Of a DNA stretch of 64,000 nt, positions 37,221-47,600 are shown in pieces. Made by a program: the position numbers and the translations under genes. Position 1 is the first letter of the stretch; each line of letters starts with the position of its first letter. The notes below the pieces were generated by a model that had not been told where the DNA came from, ran no database searches, and was given only the letters and a program-made list of their open reading frames with translations. The stretch covers positions 269,492 to 333,491 of the forward strand of contig JANLFU010000001.1 of the NCBI GenBank assembly GCA_024653215.1. The letters run 5' to 3'. Source of the stretch: Candidatus Saccharicenans sp. (GTDB lineage: Bacteria > Acidobacteriota > Aminicenantia > Aminicenantales > Saccharicenantaceae).

Positions 37221-38528
37221 ATGAATGAAGACAGCCACTTGATAAAAAAACCTGTATCCATCATCCAGGAAATCGAGAATCAACTGGAAGACTATCTCCG
37301 CCGGCAGAGGGAAGAAATTGAAAAATCCCTTGAAGAGAGAATTCAAAAGGAGAGAGAACTGGCCAGGCAGCAGCTGGCCGAGATTGAGCAGGCAGTTAAA
37401 AGGGAATGGCTGGCCCTGGAAGAGTATGGCCGGGTCTGGGAGCAATTTGAAGACAGAAGGCAGGAAATTCTTAGAAAAATCAAAGAGTGCCTGGAAAGAA
37501 TTGCTGACCGGCAGCAGGAAATTGAAAAACTCACCCGGGCCACTTCCGAGGATGTTCGGGCCATAAGTCAGCTGCACGAGGAACTGGAAGAGCTAAGGCG
37601 GCAGTCGCTGGAACAGGCCGAAGTTCTTAAGAAAGGACTGGAGGAGAAATTCGGACTGAGGGCTGAAATACCGAGGCCGGCAGAAGCGGAAAGGCCGGAA
37701 CTGGACCTGACGCCTGAGCTGGAAAAGCTACGTAAAGTCAAGGAACTTCTGCTGCTGGAAAGCGGGATAACCCAACCCCAGCCATCCAAAGAAGCGGAAG
37801 AGCAGGTCGGCCAGGCGGTGGAAACGGTTGAACCGCAACCAGCGGTGGAGCCGGTGACCGAGCCGGAGAAACCGGAGGAAGCCAGGCCCTTCACCGTAAC
37901 TGAAGAAGTAGCAGAGCCTACCCTGGAAGATAAACTGGCTGAAGAGATCAGGAAGACCATAGCCGGCCGGCTGGAATCCTTGCAGGCCGAGGGAACGGGA
38001 GAGGTGGCTTCTACCGCGCCCTCTGCCGAGAGCCTGGAGATGATCACCAGGAAAGACCTGGAAGAATTTTACCGGGAAGAGCCGGCCAACGGCTCCAGCC
38101 CGATCGGCTTTTACCAGAAGGGCAAGAAAAACATACTGGAAGCAGAAGAATTATTGACCAGGCTGAGGGAAGCGATCGAGGAGGCCCGTAAATTGAATTA
38201 CAAGATGGCCTTTGTCACCGCGGCCAAGGAGCAATTTTATCTGAAACAGGAAATCATCAGCCTGCAGGAGGGTATAAGGCGGTACCTGCTTCGGGTTGTC
38301 TTTCTGGCTAACAAGAAAAATTTCCGCTTTCCGGCCCTGACCCAGGATATCCTGAACCAGCAGGTGCTGGAAGAGCTTTCCGACCAGCTGGCGGTTCAGA
38401 ACTGGAGTTCGGCTGATGACCTGTCTCGCTTCGAGCAGAGAATAATCGACCTGACCGCTTCCTTTAAGGCCAGGACCACCCCGGCCTCAATTTACTACGG
38501 TGCCCTGAAAAAAGAACTGGAAGCCTGA
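37221..38528 (+). CDS. Long coiled-coil protein (E/R/Q/L-rich) with a C-terminal globular region; unknown function
   Basis: AAAGGAACGGGCA then ATG; heptad-rich N-terminal half, a Pro/Glu-rich linker, and a C-terminal roughly 150 aa of higher complexity. Confidence 0.5.
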   Translation: MNEDSHLIKKPVSIIQEIENQLEDYLRRQREEIEKSLEERIQKERELARQQLAEIEQAVKREWLALEEYGRVWEQFEDRRQEILRKIKECLERIADRQQEIEKLTRATSEDVRAISQLHEELEELRRQSLEQAEVLKKGLEEKFGLRAEIPRPAEAERPELDLTPELEKLRKVKELLLLESGITQPQPSKEAEEQVGQAVETVEPQPAVEPVTEPEKPEEARPFTVTEEVAEPTLEDKLAEEIRKTIAGRLESLQAEGTGEVASTAPSAESLEMITRKDLEEFYREEPANGSSPIGFYQKGKKNILEAEELLTRLREAIEEARKLNYKMAFVTAAKEQFYLKQEIISLQEGIRRYLLRVVFLANKKNFRFPALTQDILNQQVLEELSDQLAVQNWSSADDLSRFEQRIIDLTASFKARTTPASIYYGALKKELEA

Positions 38529-38552
38529 AGATAAGGGCCGGTCCCCCCGCCA

Positions 38553-40571
38553 TCAATTAAACGTTTCCTTCTGAACCTCTTTGAAATAATTCTCCAGGAC
38601 CTGGAAATCGTCTCCGCTTAGTTCCTTAAATCTCAGGCCGGTGTAAAAAGTGCCGGCATCAGGGCTGGCCTTTTCCGAATAGACCACCTCTCCCTTCAGC
38701 GGGTGGGCTTTCTTGCCCAGAATCAGGATGACATCCATAGTCCGGGAGGCGGGCAGGGGTCTCTCCGAGAGAACCTTGGCTCCCCCCAGGCTGAGGTTGA
38801 TGGTCTTGCAGACCCGCAGCTGGCCGTCGTCCCGGTACATCATGATGGTGGACGTGTAATGCCGCTGGAAATGGCGTTTTTCGCGGAACAGCTTTTCCTG
38901 GTAGGTGACCGTCGGGCGGAGATGGTTTTCTCTTTCCCAGTCGCGGGAATAGGCCACCACCGTGTTCTTGGTGGCCGGCCTGGTTTGCGCCTCCGAGGGT
39001 GGCAGGCGCCAGGTTTCCTTTCCCTTGGCTTCGGCCAGGGCCAGGTCGCATTCGTGCACCAGGTGTTTCAGGTCTTCCCGGGTCAGCTGGCCATCGTCTT
39101 CTATTTTCTTGCGGGGGAAGACGGTGACCCCGAAGGACATGGTCAGGTTGTTCCGGGGCTGAAACTCTTCGTAGGGGAAATAGTGGTCTTCGATGTTCTT
39201 CCTGATTCTTTCGGTGAGCAGGCAGGCTTCTTCCAGGGTGGTGACCCCGCTCAGGAAGAACAGAAATTCTTCGCCCCCGTATCGGCAGATCAAATCATTT
39301 TCCCGGACCGATTGCTTCAGGATCGAGGCCAGTTCCTGCAACAGCCGGTTGCCGGCTTCATGGCCGTTGCGGTCGTTGTAATGCTTGAACCAGTCCACGT
39401 CGCCCATGACCATGGCGAAGGCCCCTTCTTCGATTTTTCTCTTGCTCATGGAGTTAACTTTCTGGAGGATGCGGTCGAAGAAGGGTTCGGCCCGCAGCAG
39501 CCCGGTCAGGGCGTCGTATTGAATCAGGTTGAGCTTGGTCATGGCGATGCCGATGTGTTCCGACAGCCCCCTCAGGATCTGCTGGTCTTCGCGGCTGAAG
39601 CCCTCCGGCAACGGGCTGTCCATAAAATGCTTGTTATAGAGTTCGATAACTCCGATGACCTGTTCTTCGTAGGTGATGGGCACGGCCAGGATGCTCTTCA
39701 AGGGGAACTTCAGGTTGTGCTGGTAGCGCAGCGAAAAGCGCTTGTCGTAGGTCAGGTCGCTGATGTTGACTTCCTGCCCGTGGCGGGCCACGGCCGCGGC
39801 AAAATCAGGGGCTTCCAGCCGGGCCACGTACTTGAAAGTTTCCGGGTGGGTGATGAAGGTATCGTCCCAGATGATGGGTTTCAGGTGCTTGCCCAGGGTC
39901 TCACTTTCTTCTATCAGGTAGATGGTCAGGCCCTGGGCCTGGAGCAGGTCTTTAATATCCGGGACCACACCCAGCAGGCTGCTGACGTCGTTGGCTGAAT
40001 AGATTTTGCGGACGATGTTTTCGATTTTCCATCTTTCCCGCTGGGACCAGACATAGCGGGCTTCCAGGGAAATTCTTCTTTCCAGCTCCCGCAGGTAATT
40101 CTCGTTGATTAACCTTTTAATTTCGGCAATTTCCTTGAAGACCTCCCGGGCGCTGGCCGAGTTCAGGGCCACGGTCTGCTGCAGCTGGGCCCACTCCCTT
40201 TTTATCCGGCTGTGATGGATGGCGATTTTAAGGATCTGGCCCAGGATCGGTTCCAAAGGTTGATTCTCTGTTTCCAGGACGTATTCCAGGTGATGGTGAG
40301 CCGGCCAGGTCAGCAGGCTCCGGTAGACTTCGGTTTCATCCCGTCCCAGGATGATAACCGAGCAATCCGGGCTGATGATGTCCTTCCAGCGGTCGTAATC
40401 GGCCGAACCGGAGTCGATAATGGCCGCCCAGCAATCATAGTTTTTTAAGAGCGGAGGGACCTCGTCAAAAGAATTGGCCACCACCGGCAGGTATTCTTTT
40501 TCGCAGAGCCGGACCACCTTCAGGGCCTGTTCGACACTGGAAACATAGACCAGAATATTTATCTGCGCCAT
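38553..40571 (-). CDS. Diguanylate cyclase with REC-like N-terminus, GAF domain, GGDEF domain (active, with I-site) and a C-terminal PilZ domain
   Basis: RENDLICRYGGEEF holds the I-site RxxD and an active GGEEF. The C-terminus has RHFQR (RxxxR) and NLSLGG (D/NxSxGG), which are PilZ signatures. Confidence 0.8.
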   Translation of the reverse strand: MAQINILVYVSSVEQALKVVRLCEKEYLPVVANSFDEVPPLLKNYDCWAAIIDSGSADYDRWKDIISPDCSVIILGRDETEVYRSLLTWPAHHHLEYVLETENQPLEPILGQILKIAIHHSRIKREWAQLQQTVALNSASAREVFKEIAEIKRLINENYLRELERRISLEARYVWSQRERWKIENIVRKIYSANDVSSLLGVVPDIKDLLQAQGLTIYLIEESETLGKHLKPIIWDDTFITHPETFKYVARLEAPDFAAAVARHGQEVNISDLTYDKRFSLRYQHNLKFPLKSILAVPITYEEQVIGVIELYNKHFMDSPLPEGFSREDQQILRGLSEHIGIAMTKLNLIQYDALTGLLRAEPFFDRILQKVNSMSKRKIEEGAFAMVMGDVDWFKHYNDRNGHEAGNRLLQELASILKQSVRENDLICRYGGEEFLFFLSGVTTLEEACLLTERIRKNIEDHYFPYEEFQPRNNLTMSFGVTVFPRKKIEDDGQLTREDLKHLVHECDLALAEAKGKETWRLPPSEAQTRPATKNTVVAYSRDWERENHLRPTVTYQEKLFREKRHFQRHYTSTIMMYRDDGQLRVCKTINLSLGGAKVLSERPLPASRTMDVILILGKKAHPLKGEVVYSEKASPDAGTFYTGLRFKELSGDDFQVLENYFKEVQKETFN

Positions 40572-40633
40572 TGGATCCGGGGTTCCTTTCCCTGTGCCCT
40601 CCGATAAAACCTTGGCTTAGCTCGCTCACCGAT

Positions 40634-40662
40634 AATTTACTCAAATAATTTCTCTCAGTCAA
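40634..40662 (-). promoter_or_regulatory. Sigma70-type promoter for the GGDEF-PilZ gene, with an AT-rich UP-like tract
   Basis: Minus strand reads TTGACT, a 17-bp spacer, then TAAATT, preceded by ATAAAAATAAAAAAATTTG. Confidence 0.4.
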
Positions 40663-40732
40663 CAAATTTTTTTATTTTTATAATCGGGCCAAATCCGGCA
40701 TCATCTTCGGCTTCATCAGGCCCCGAGGCTTT

Positions 40733-40761
40733 TTGAATATCGGTTCCGGCTGTGATATATT
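40733..40761 (+). promoter_or_regulatory. Sigma70-type promoter for gltX
   Basis: TTGAAT at 40733-40738, a 17-bp spacer, TATATT at 40756-40761. Confidence 0.4.
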
Positions 40762-40801
40762 TTTAGCCTGGAAATCAACCTGGAAAGAGATAATAAGAAT
40801 T

Positions 40802-42241
40802 ATGGTCAGAGTAAGATTTGCCCCCAGCCCGACGGGGCACCTGCACGTGGGCGCCCTGAGAACGGCCCTGTTCAACTGGCTTTTTGCCCGGCATCATCAT
40901 GGAACTTTTGTCCTGAGGATAGAGGATACCGACGTGGCCCGTTCCTCAGAAGAAATGAGCCGTTCAATACTCGAAGCCCTGAGCTGGGTGGGCCTGGACT
41001 GGGATGAAGGACCAATCTACCAGTCACAGCGCTTTGAAATCTACCGCCGGGCGGCCCGGACCCTGGTTGACCGGGGGCTGGCCTACTATTGCTTCTGTTC
41101 ACCCGAAGAAATTGAAAAACGCCGGCAGGAAACCCAGGCCAGGGGAGAGCACTGGAAGTATGACCGGCACTGCCTGAACCTGAGCGAAAAAGAAAAACAG
41201 GACCTGAGGGAAAAAGGAGTGGCCGCCGCCATCCGTTTCCTGGTGCCCGAAGGGGTGACTGAATTCGACGACCTGGTGCATGGCCATATTTCCGTCGACC
41301 ACAGGAACCTGGAGGACTTTGTCCTGCTGCGTGGCGATGGTTTCCCCACTTACCACCTGTCGGTGGTGGTGGACGATATCGATACCGGGATTACCCATGT
41401 CATCCGGGGAGATGACCATATCTCCAACACGCCCAAGCAGATACTTCTCTATCGGGCCCTGGGCGCTCCGGTGCCTCAGTTCGCCCATCTTCCGTTGATT
41501 CTCGGCCCGGACCGGAAAAAGCTCAGCAAGCGGCACGGCGATACCTCGGTCCTTAATTTCCGGGACAAGGGCTATCTGCCGCTGGCTTTTTTCAACTTCA
41601 TGGCCCAGCTCAGCTGGTCGCCCGGCAACGAGGAAAAAATTTATTCCATCGAGGAGATGGTCAGGGAATTTTCCTTGGAGCGCATCAGCAAGGGCAGCCC
41701 GGTCTTTGACCTAAACAAGCTGGAATGGCTTAACAGCCGCCTGATCAACGAACTGCCGCTGGCCGAGCTCATTGCCCAGCTCAGACCCTGGCTGGAGAAG
41801 GCTGGCCTGTGGTCGGATGAACTGGTGACCACGAGGAGAGACTGGTTTGAAAGGCTGGTCAACCTGACCCGCAGCCGGAGCCGGACCCTGGTTGACCTGA
41901 GCGGGATGATTGCTCCATTCATTTCCGATAGGTTCAGCTATGACCCGGAAGCTGTGCGCAAGCACCTGCTGAACGGGGAACTGGACCGGGTGCTACCACT
42001 GCTTCAGGACGATTTCCAGAAGCTGGAAAATTTTTCTGCCCAGGAAATAGAAAGAACTCTCAGGGAAAGAGCAGAAAAAGAAGGAATCAAGGCGGCCATT
42101 CTGATTCATGCCCTGAGGGTCCTGGTACTGGGACGGGCGGTCAGCCCGGGCCTGTTTGAAGTCCTGGAGCTGATGGGCCGGGAACAGACCCTGGCCAGGA
42201 TGGGAAAGCTGTCCGAGGTCAGGAAAATGATAGAAAACTGA
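40802..42241 (+). CDS. gltX: Glutamyl-tRNA synthetase, probably non-discriminating since gatB is present
   Basis: HIGH motif ([10 protein letters not shown]) and KMSKS-type (KLSKRHG); the ORF opens at 40733; an ATG at 40802 ([10 protein letters not shown]) follows GGAAAGAG. Confidence 0.9.
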   Translation: MVRVRFAPSPTGHLHVGALRTALFNWLFARHHHGTFVLRIEDTDVARSSEEMSRSILEALSWVGLDWDEGPIYQSQRFEIYRRAARTLVDRGLAYYCFCSPEEIEKRRQETQARGEHWKYDRHCLNLSEKEKQDLREKGVAAAIRFLVPEGVTEFDDLVHGHISVDHRNLEDFVLLRGDGFPTYHLSVVVDDIDTGITHVIRGDDHISNTPKQILLYRALGAPVPQFAHLPLILGPDRKKLSKRHGDTSVLNFRDKGYLPLAFFNFMAQLSWSPGNEEKIYSIEEMVREFSLERISKGSPVFDLNKLEWLNSRLINELPLAELIAQLRPWLEKAGLWSDELVTTRRDWFERLVNLTRSRSRTLVDLSGMIAPFISDRFSYDPEAVRKHLLNGELDRVLPLLQDDFQKLENFSAQEIERTLRERAEKEGIKAAILIHALRVLVLGRAVSPGLFEVLELMGREQTLARMGKLSEVRKMIEN

Positions 42242-42254
42242 GGGAGGAGCGAAG

Positions 42255-43937
42255 ATGAACAGCCAGGAAAAGACTGCTTATAAACCGGTCAGAGCTCCCC
42301 GCGGGAGCCGGCTTCACACCAGGGGCTGGTCCCAGGAAGGAGCGCTGCGGATGTTGATGAATAATCTGGACCCGGAGGTAGCCGAGAAACCACAGGAACT
42401 CATCGTTTATGGCGGCACGGGCAAGGCGGCCCGCAACTGGGATTGTTTCCGGGCCATCGTCAGCAGCCTGAAGAAACTGGAAAATGACGAGACCCTGCTT
42501 GTCCAGTCCGGCAAACCGGTCGGCATTTTTAAGACCCAGGCCGACGCTCCCAGGGTCTTGATTTCCAACGCCATGGTGGTACCGAAGTGGGCTACCTGGG
42601 ACGAGTTCCGGCGCCTGGAAGCCCTGGGCCTGACCATGTACGGGCAGATGACCGCCGGCAGCTGGATTTACATCGGAACGCAGGGAATTTTGCAGGGCAC
42701 CTACGAAACCCTGGCCGCCGTCGCCCGGAAACATTTTGGCGGCAGTCTCCGGGGACGGCTGGTGGTGACCGCCGGCCTGGGCGGTATGGGCGGAGCCCAG
42801 CCGCTGGCGGTGACCATGAATGACGGCGTGGCCATCGTGGTGGAGGTGGACCCGGACCGCATCAGGAGAAGGCTGGAAACAAAGTATGTGGATACCATGA
42901 CCACCAGCCTGGACGAAGCACTGAGGATGGCCGGGGAGGCCTGCCGTAAGGGCCAGCCCCTGTCCATAGCCCTGCTGGGCAATGCAGCCGATGTCCTGCC
43001 GGAACTGGTGCGCCGCGGCTTGACTCCCGATGTCCTGACCGACCAGACTTCAGCCCACGATGAACTGAACGGCTACGTGCCTCGGGGTATTCCTTATGCC
43101 GAGGCCCTGGAACTCAGGAAGAAAGACCCGCAGAAATACATAGCCATGGCCTATGAATCCATGGCCGCCCAGGTTGAGGCCATGCTGGAGCTGCAAAAAA
43201 GGGGAGCCCGGACCTTCGATTACGGCAATAATATTCGCGGCCAGGCCCAGAAGGCCGGGGTGGCCAAGGCCTTTGACATCCCGGGTTTTGTCCAGGAATA
43301 CATCCGGCCTCTTTTCTGCATCGGCAAGGGGCCGTTCCGCTGGGCCGCTCTGTCCGGAAAACCAAAGGACATATATGTCACCGACGAGGCCGTCCTGAAG
43401 ACTTTTCCCGAAGACGAGGCCCTGGCCCGCTGGATCAGGAAGGCCCAGAAGCAGGTTAAGTTCCAGGGGCTGCCGGCCCGAATCTGCTGGCTGGGTTACG
43501 GGGAGAGGGCTCTCTTCGGTGATGTCATAAATACCCTGGTCAAAAAGGGCAAGATCAGCGCCCCGATCGTCATCGGCCGCGACCACCTGGATACCGGCTC
43601 GGTGGCTTCTCCCAACCGGGAAACCGAAAAGATGAAGGACGGTTCCGATGCCATCGCCGACTGGCCGGTGCTAAACGCCCTCCTGAACGCTGTCTGCGGC
43701 GCTTCCTGGGTATCGGTTCACCACGGAGGCGGAGTGGGCATCGGTTTTTCAATTCACGCCGGCATGGTGATTGTGGCCGACGGCAGTGCGGCCATGGCCC
43801 GGAGGCTGCAGAGAGTGCTGACCGTGGACCCGGGCCTGGGAGTTGTGCGCCACGCCGACGCCGGTTACGAAGAAGCCATAGCCTGCGCCCGGAAGAATAA
43901 AATCAAGATCCCGATGCTGCCGAAGGCCAGGGCCTGA
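42255..43937 (+). CDS. hutU: Urocanate hydratase
   Basis: 560 aa; NAD-binding [10 protein letters not shown] and conserved urocanase blocks; strong GAGGGAGGAG RBS. Confidence 0.9.
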   Translation: MNSQEKTAYKPVRAPRGSRLHTRGWSQEGALRMLMNNLDPEVAEKPQELIVYGGTGKAARNWDCFRAIVSSLKKLENDETLLVQSGKPVGIFKTQADAPRVLISNAMVVPKWATWDEFRRLEALGLTMYGQMTAGSWIYIGTQGILQGTYETLAAVARKHFGGSLRGRLVVTAGLGGMGGAQPLAVTMNDGVAIVVEVDPDRIRRRLETKYVDTMTTSLDEALRMAGEACRKGQPLSIALLGNAADVLPELVRRGLTPDVLTDQTSAHDELNGYVPRGIPYAEALELRKKDPQKYIAMAYESMAAQVEAMLELQKRGARTFDYGNNIRGQAQKAGVAKAFDIPGFVQEYIRPLFCIGKGPFRWAALSGKPKDIYVTDEAVLKTFPEDEALARWIRKAQKQVKFQGLPARICWLGYGERALFGDVINTLVKKGKISAPIVIGRDHLDTGSVASPNRETEKMKDGSDAIADWPVLNALLNAVCGASWVSVHHGGGVGIGFSIHAGMVIVADGSAAMARRLQRVLTVDPGLGVVRHADAGYEEAIACARKNKIKIPMLPKARA

Positions 43938-43948
43938 GAAGAAACCCG

Positions 43949-44644
43949 ATGTTTTTTCTACCGGTAATTCTTCTTTTTTTGGTTTTCTATTTTTTTCTCC
44001 TGGGCGGGTTATTCTTTTTTCTAAAGCTGGGACTTATTTCCCTGGCTTTCCAACGACTGGGCCTGCCCCCGGACCTGGTTTTTATCCTGCTGCTATTAAG
44101 TCTGCTCGGTAGTGGCCTGAATATACCGGTCAGGCGTCTCCGCAGCCAAAGATTGCTGACCGAACAGGTGGTGGACTTCTTCGGCTGGAAATTCCGTATC
44201 CCGTCGGCTGCCGCCAGCGATATCACGGTTCTGGCCGTAAACGTGGGTGGAGCGGTTATACCCGGAATACTGAGTCTGTACCTGATCTGGCGCTGGGCTT
44301 CTTTGGGCTTGCTTTTTATTATGGCCACGCTTGTGGTAACCGTCATGGTCAACAGGGTTGCCCGGCCGGTCAGGGGGCTGGGAATTGCCACTCCGGCCCT
44401 GTTTCCGCCGCTGGTGGCCGCTCTGACTGCTTTGCTGTTTTCTGCTTTCTCTCCTGCCGGCCTTCAGGTGGCCCCGGTGATTGCCTATGTTGCCGGCACC
44501 CTGGGGACCTTGATTGGAGCTGACCTGTTGAATCTTAACAAGATCGCCGACCTGGGAGCCCCAGTAGCTTCAATTGGAGGGGCCGGGACTTTTGATGGGG
44601 TTTTTCTTACCGGGATAATCGCCGTGGCCCTGACTTCAATTTGA
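43949..44644 (+). CDS. Polytopic membrane protein (DUF1614-like), unknown function
   Basis: Six or more hydrophobic helices with Gly-rich loops; the DUF assignment is from memory of the family and is tentative. Confidence 0.45.
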   Translation: MFFLPVILLFLVFYFFLLGGLFFFLKLGLISLAFQRLGLPPDLVFILLLLSLLGSGLNIPVRRLRSQRLLTEQVVDFFGWKFRIPSAAASDITVLAVNVGGAVIPGILSLYLIWRWASLGLLFIMATLVVTVMVNRVARPVRGLGIATPALFPPLVAALTALLFSAFSPAGLQVAPVIAYVAGTLGTLIGADLLNLNKIADLGAPVASIGGAGTFDGVFLTGIIAVALTSI

Positions 44645-44676
44645 TGATTGCCAGTGCCAGGGAGTCCGGGACGTAT

Positions 44677-47600
44677 TCAGGTTAATTCAGCTTTCTTTTT
44701 CCTGTACCTGGTCTTGACCTGTTCCACGAAAGCCTCCAGCCGGCTCCGGGTGCTGACCGTTTCGGTTTCGCCGTAAACCAGGGTGGGCAGGGGCAGGTTG
44801 CCAAAATCTTTTTTAATCCTCCGGGAGATGGCGGCCGAGGTGGTGCCCAGCATGCAGTTGAAGCAGATGACGTTGATGATGCCGTCGGCTCCCCGGCGGG
44901 CCAGGTCCACCATCCTGGCCACGTTCAGGAAAAGGCTCTGGTTGTTATTGTAATTAAGGTAGGCCAGGGTGGAGCGCAGGAGCTCTTCAAAGCGTGGTTC
45001 TTTAAGTTTCAGTTCCGAAAACTCCAGTTTCTTCCTGACCTGGGCCAGGTTGATCTCCCGGACCAGGTTCAGCCCGGCATACTTGACAGTTTCCAGCAGG
45101 TTACCCTCGGACAGCTTTTCGTAGAAGCCGCGGCTGAAGCTGAAGTCGATTTCATCCACCAGGAAGGGCGAGGGCCAGACTTCGCAGCCAAGTTCTTCCA
45201 GCTGTTCAAACAGCCGGTTGTTGGCAAATGAGTTCTGGCGGGTATAGATGTCCCCGGCGATTCCGATCAGTGGCCTTTCCTCCGGGCAAACCTTGATCTG
45301 ACTGAAGCTGGACCTGATTTTTTCCAGGGCCTCAGCCAGGCGGTCTGAGGCCAGTCCCTCTTCAATCAGCTTCAGGCCTTCCTGGAAAGCCCGGTTGACT
45401 TCACCCCGCTTGACCTCGTAAGGCCTGAGCTGGCAGGAGATTCTGGTCAGGTGGTCCACGGCCACCAGGCCCTGGTAAAGGGCCTTCAGGCCATCAAAGC
45501 CGATTAACTGCCAGAAATAATCAAGGGTCGGGGTCAGCAGCAGGACCCGCTGATTATCAAGTTCATGGAGCAGCTGGCGCATGGCCGGGCCGTACTGCTG
45601 CAACAAGCAGGAATATCTGGCCCCGGGGAAAAAGAAAATGAGTGGCTCGGCGGGTTTTTCGTCCAGGGTCAATTTCAGCAGGTCTCCCAGGAGGAAGGAA
45701 TAAGCGTGGCACTCCTTGCCCGAAGAATACTTTTCACCCAGTTCCAGGCTGCGCTCGTCGGGCGGGGGCAGGACCTCGGCCCGCAGGCCTGACTTTTTTA
45801 GAGCTCCGGCAAAGGCCCGGGCGTGGTCGGCAAAGTAGGGAAGGACGAACGGAATTTTTTTGACCCGTTCCACCGGCCAGGTTTCCGGGTTTTCTGCCTT
45901 TTTCAGCCTGGCGGCCGGGCGGTTTCCGGCGCGGTGCTGGCTGACCTCATCGTCGAAGGCTTCCAGCCTGGTAATCAGCCCGGCTTCTCCCCGGTGTTCG
46001 TCAAACTCGAGAAAGAGATGGGGGATGCTCTCCACCAGGCTCTTACACTGTTTCAGACAGAAGGCATCCGGCCCGCAGCCGTAAAATGAAAGAAAAACCG
46101 GATAGACGCCATGATGTTTTCTCGACCAGGCCGCGGCCTCAAGCATTTTCCTTGGATATCTCCAGGGCGGCACGGCCGAGCCTTCCAGGATTTCTCCGGC
46201 CAGCTCGACATCTTCCAGCTCCAGGTAATCCGCCGGGATGGCGATCAGTTTCAATTTTTCCAGGTGTGACCAGAAATTCAGGTTGACAAAGCTATCGTAG
46301 AGCAGGTAGGGACGCCCGGAAATCAACCAGACCGGTCTTTTGCTCTGAAAACTCCTTTTGAGCAACTGCTGGCCCTGCTCTTTAAGTTTCCGGTCGAATT
46401 CCATCTGGACCTGCCAGGCCTCGGTCCAGGCCCGGGCAATTGTCTCTTCGGGTTCCTTTAGAAGGCCGGCCAGGTTCTGCCAGCTCAATTTCTGGCTGTC
46501 TTCAACCGGTTCCAGGTAGACGGAGGTGGTCAGCAATTTTTCCCTGACTGTTTCGGGAATCATATGGGGCAGGTTCTCGGTATAGGGGCAAAAATAGAAA
46601 GATTCTCTTCGGTTCTGATGCCGGTCGACCAGGCTGGGCAGGAAGACCAGGTCCACCTCCGGGTCATCCTGCAGGAACTTAAGATGACCGATGGCCACTT
46701 TAACCGGCAGGCAGGTCTCGGCCGGCTGGAGTTTTATTCCAGCCTCCATGATTTCAGGACTGGTTTCGGGGGAAACCTTGACTCTGTAACCGAGCCGGGA
46801 AAAGAAGGCCAGCCAGAAAGGCAGAAATTCCAGGAAAACAGAGGCCCGGGGCAAACCGATGGTCGGGCCCTCAGCCGGTTTCTGAAGTTTAAAGTCGTCC
46901 AGCAGTTTTTTTCTGAAGGCCAGGGGGTTATGCCCATCGGCAGATGATAGCTCCAGGCGCGAGTCCGAAGTGTAGCGTTCGCAGATGTCGCCGAAATAGA
47001 CCCGTTCCTGGCCTGACTCCACCGCCACCACCTGGCAGCGGTTGGCACAATGTCGGCACTCGAAATGGGTCAGCTTGAAGGATTGAAAAAGCTGGTTTCT
47101 GATGTCGTCCAGGCCTAATGACTTCTTGCCCGATTTCCTGACCACCTCCCTAGCTTCCAGGGCCGCGCCGATGGCCCCGGAAATCCGGTGGTAGGGATGA
47201 ACCTTGATTTCCTTTCCCAGCAGGATGGAAAATGCTCTGACCACGGCCTGGTTGGAAGCCACCCCGCCCTGGAAAACTATGTTCTGACCGATGGGTCTTC
47301 TTTCCACCACCTTTTCCAGGTAATTCCGGGCAATAGAATAGGCCAGGCCGGCTACCAGGTCGGGCAGGGGCTGTCCCCGGGCGGCCTCGTTCAGAAGCTC
47401 TGATTCCATGAAGACGGTGCAGCGGCTGCCCAGGTCGGAAGGCTGCCGTGAAACCGAAGCCAGAACGGCAAAATCTTTCTCTACCCGGAAACCCATCTGG
47501 GCGGCCTGTTCTTCCAGAAAGGAACCGGTCCCGGCAGCACAGATCTTGTTCAAATTAAAATCGACCACCCGGCCGTTATCGACCTGAATGTACTTGGAGT

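Noticed and set aside
38703-39998. 431-aa antisense ORF inside the GGDEF-PilZ gene. Similar long antisense ORFs lie at 48962-49963 (antisense to pfkA), 52927-54009 and 51994-52875 (antisense to the prolyl oligopeptidase), 32058-32987 (antisense to rsmD), 34048-34893 (antisense to prfA), 36026-36847 (antisense to the HD-GYP gene), 12294-12833 (antisense to mutM) and 27365-28042 (antisense to porA).
   Set aside because: All lie opposite genes with strong family signatures and encode Gly/Pro/Arg/Gln-rich low-complexity sequence. They are high-GC open frames, not genes.
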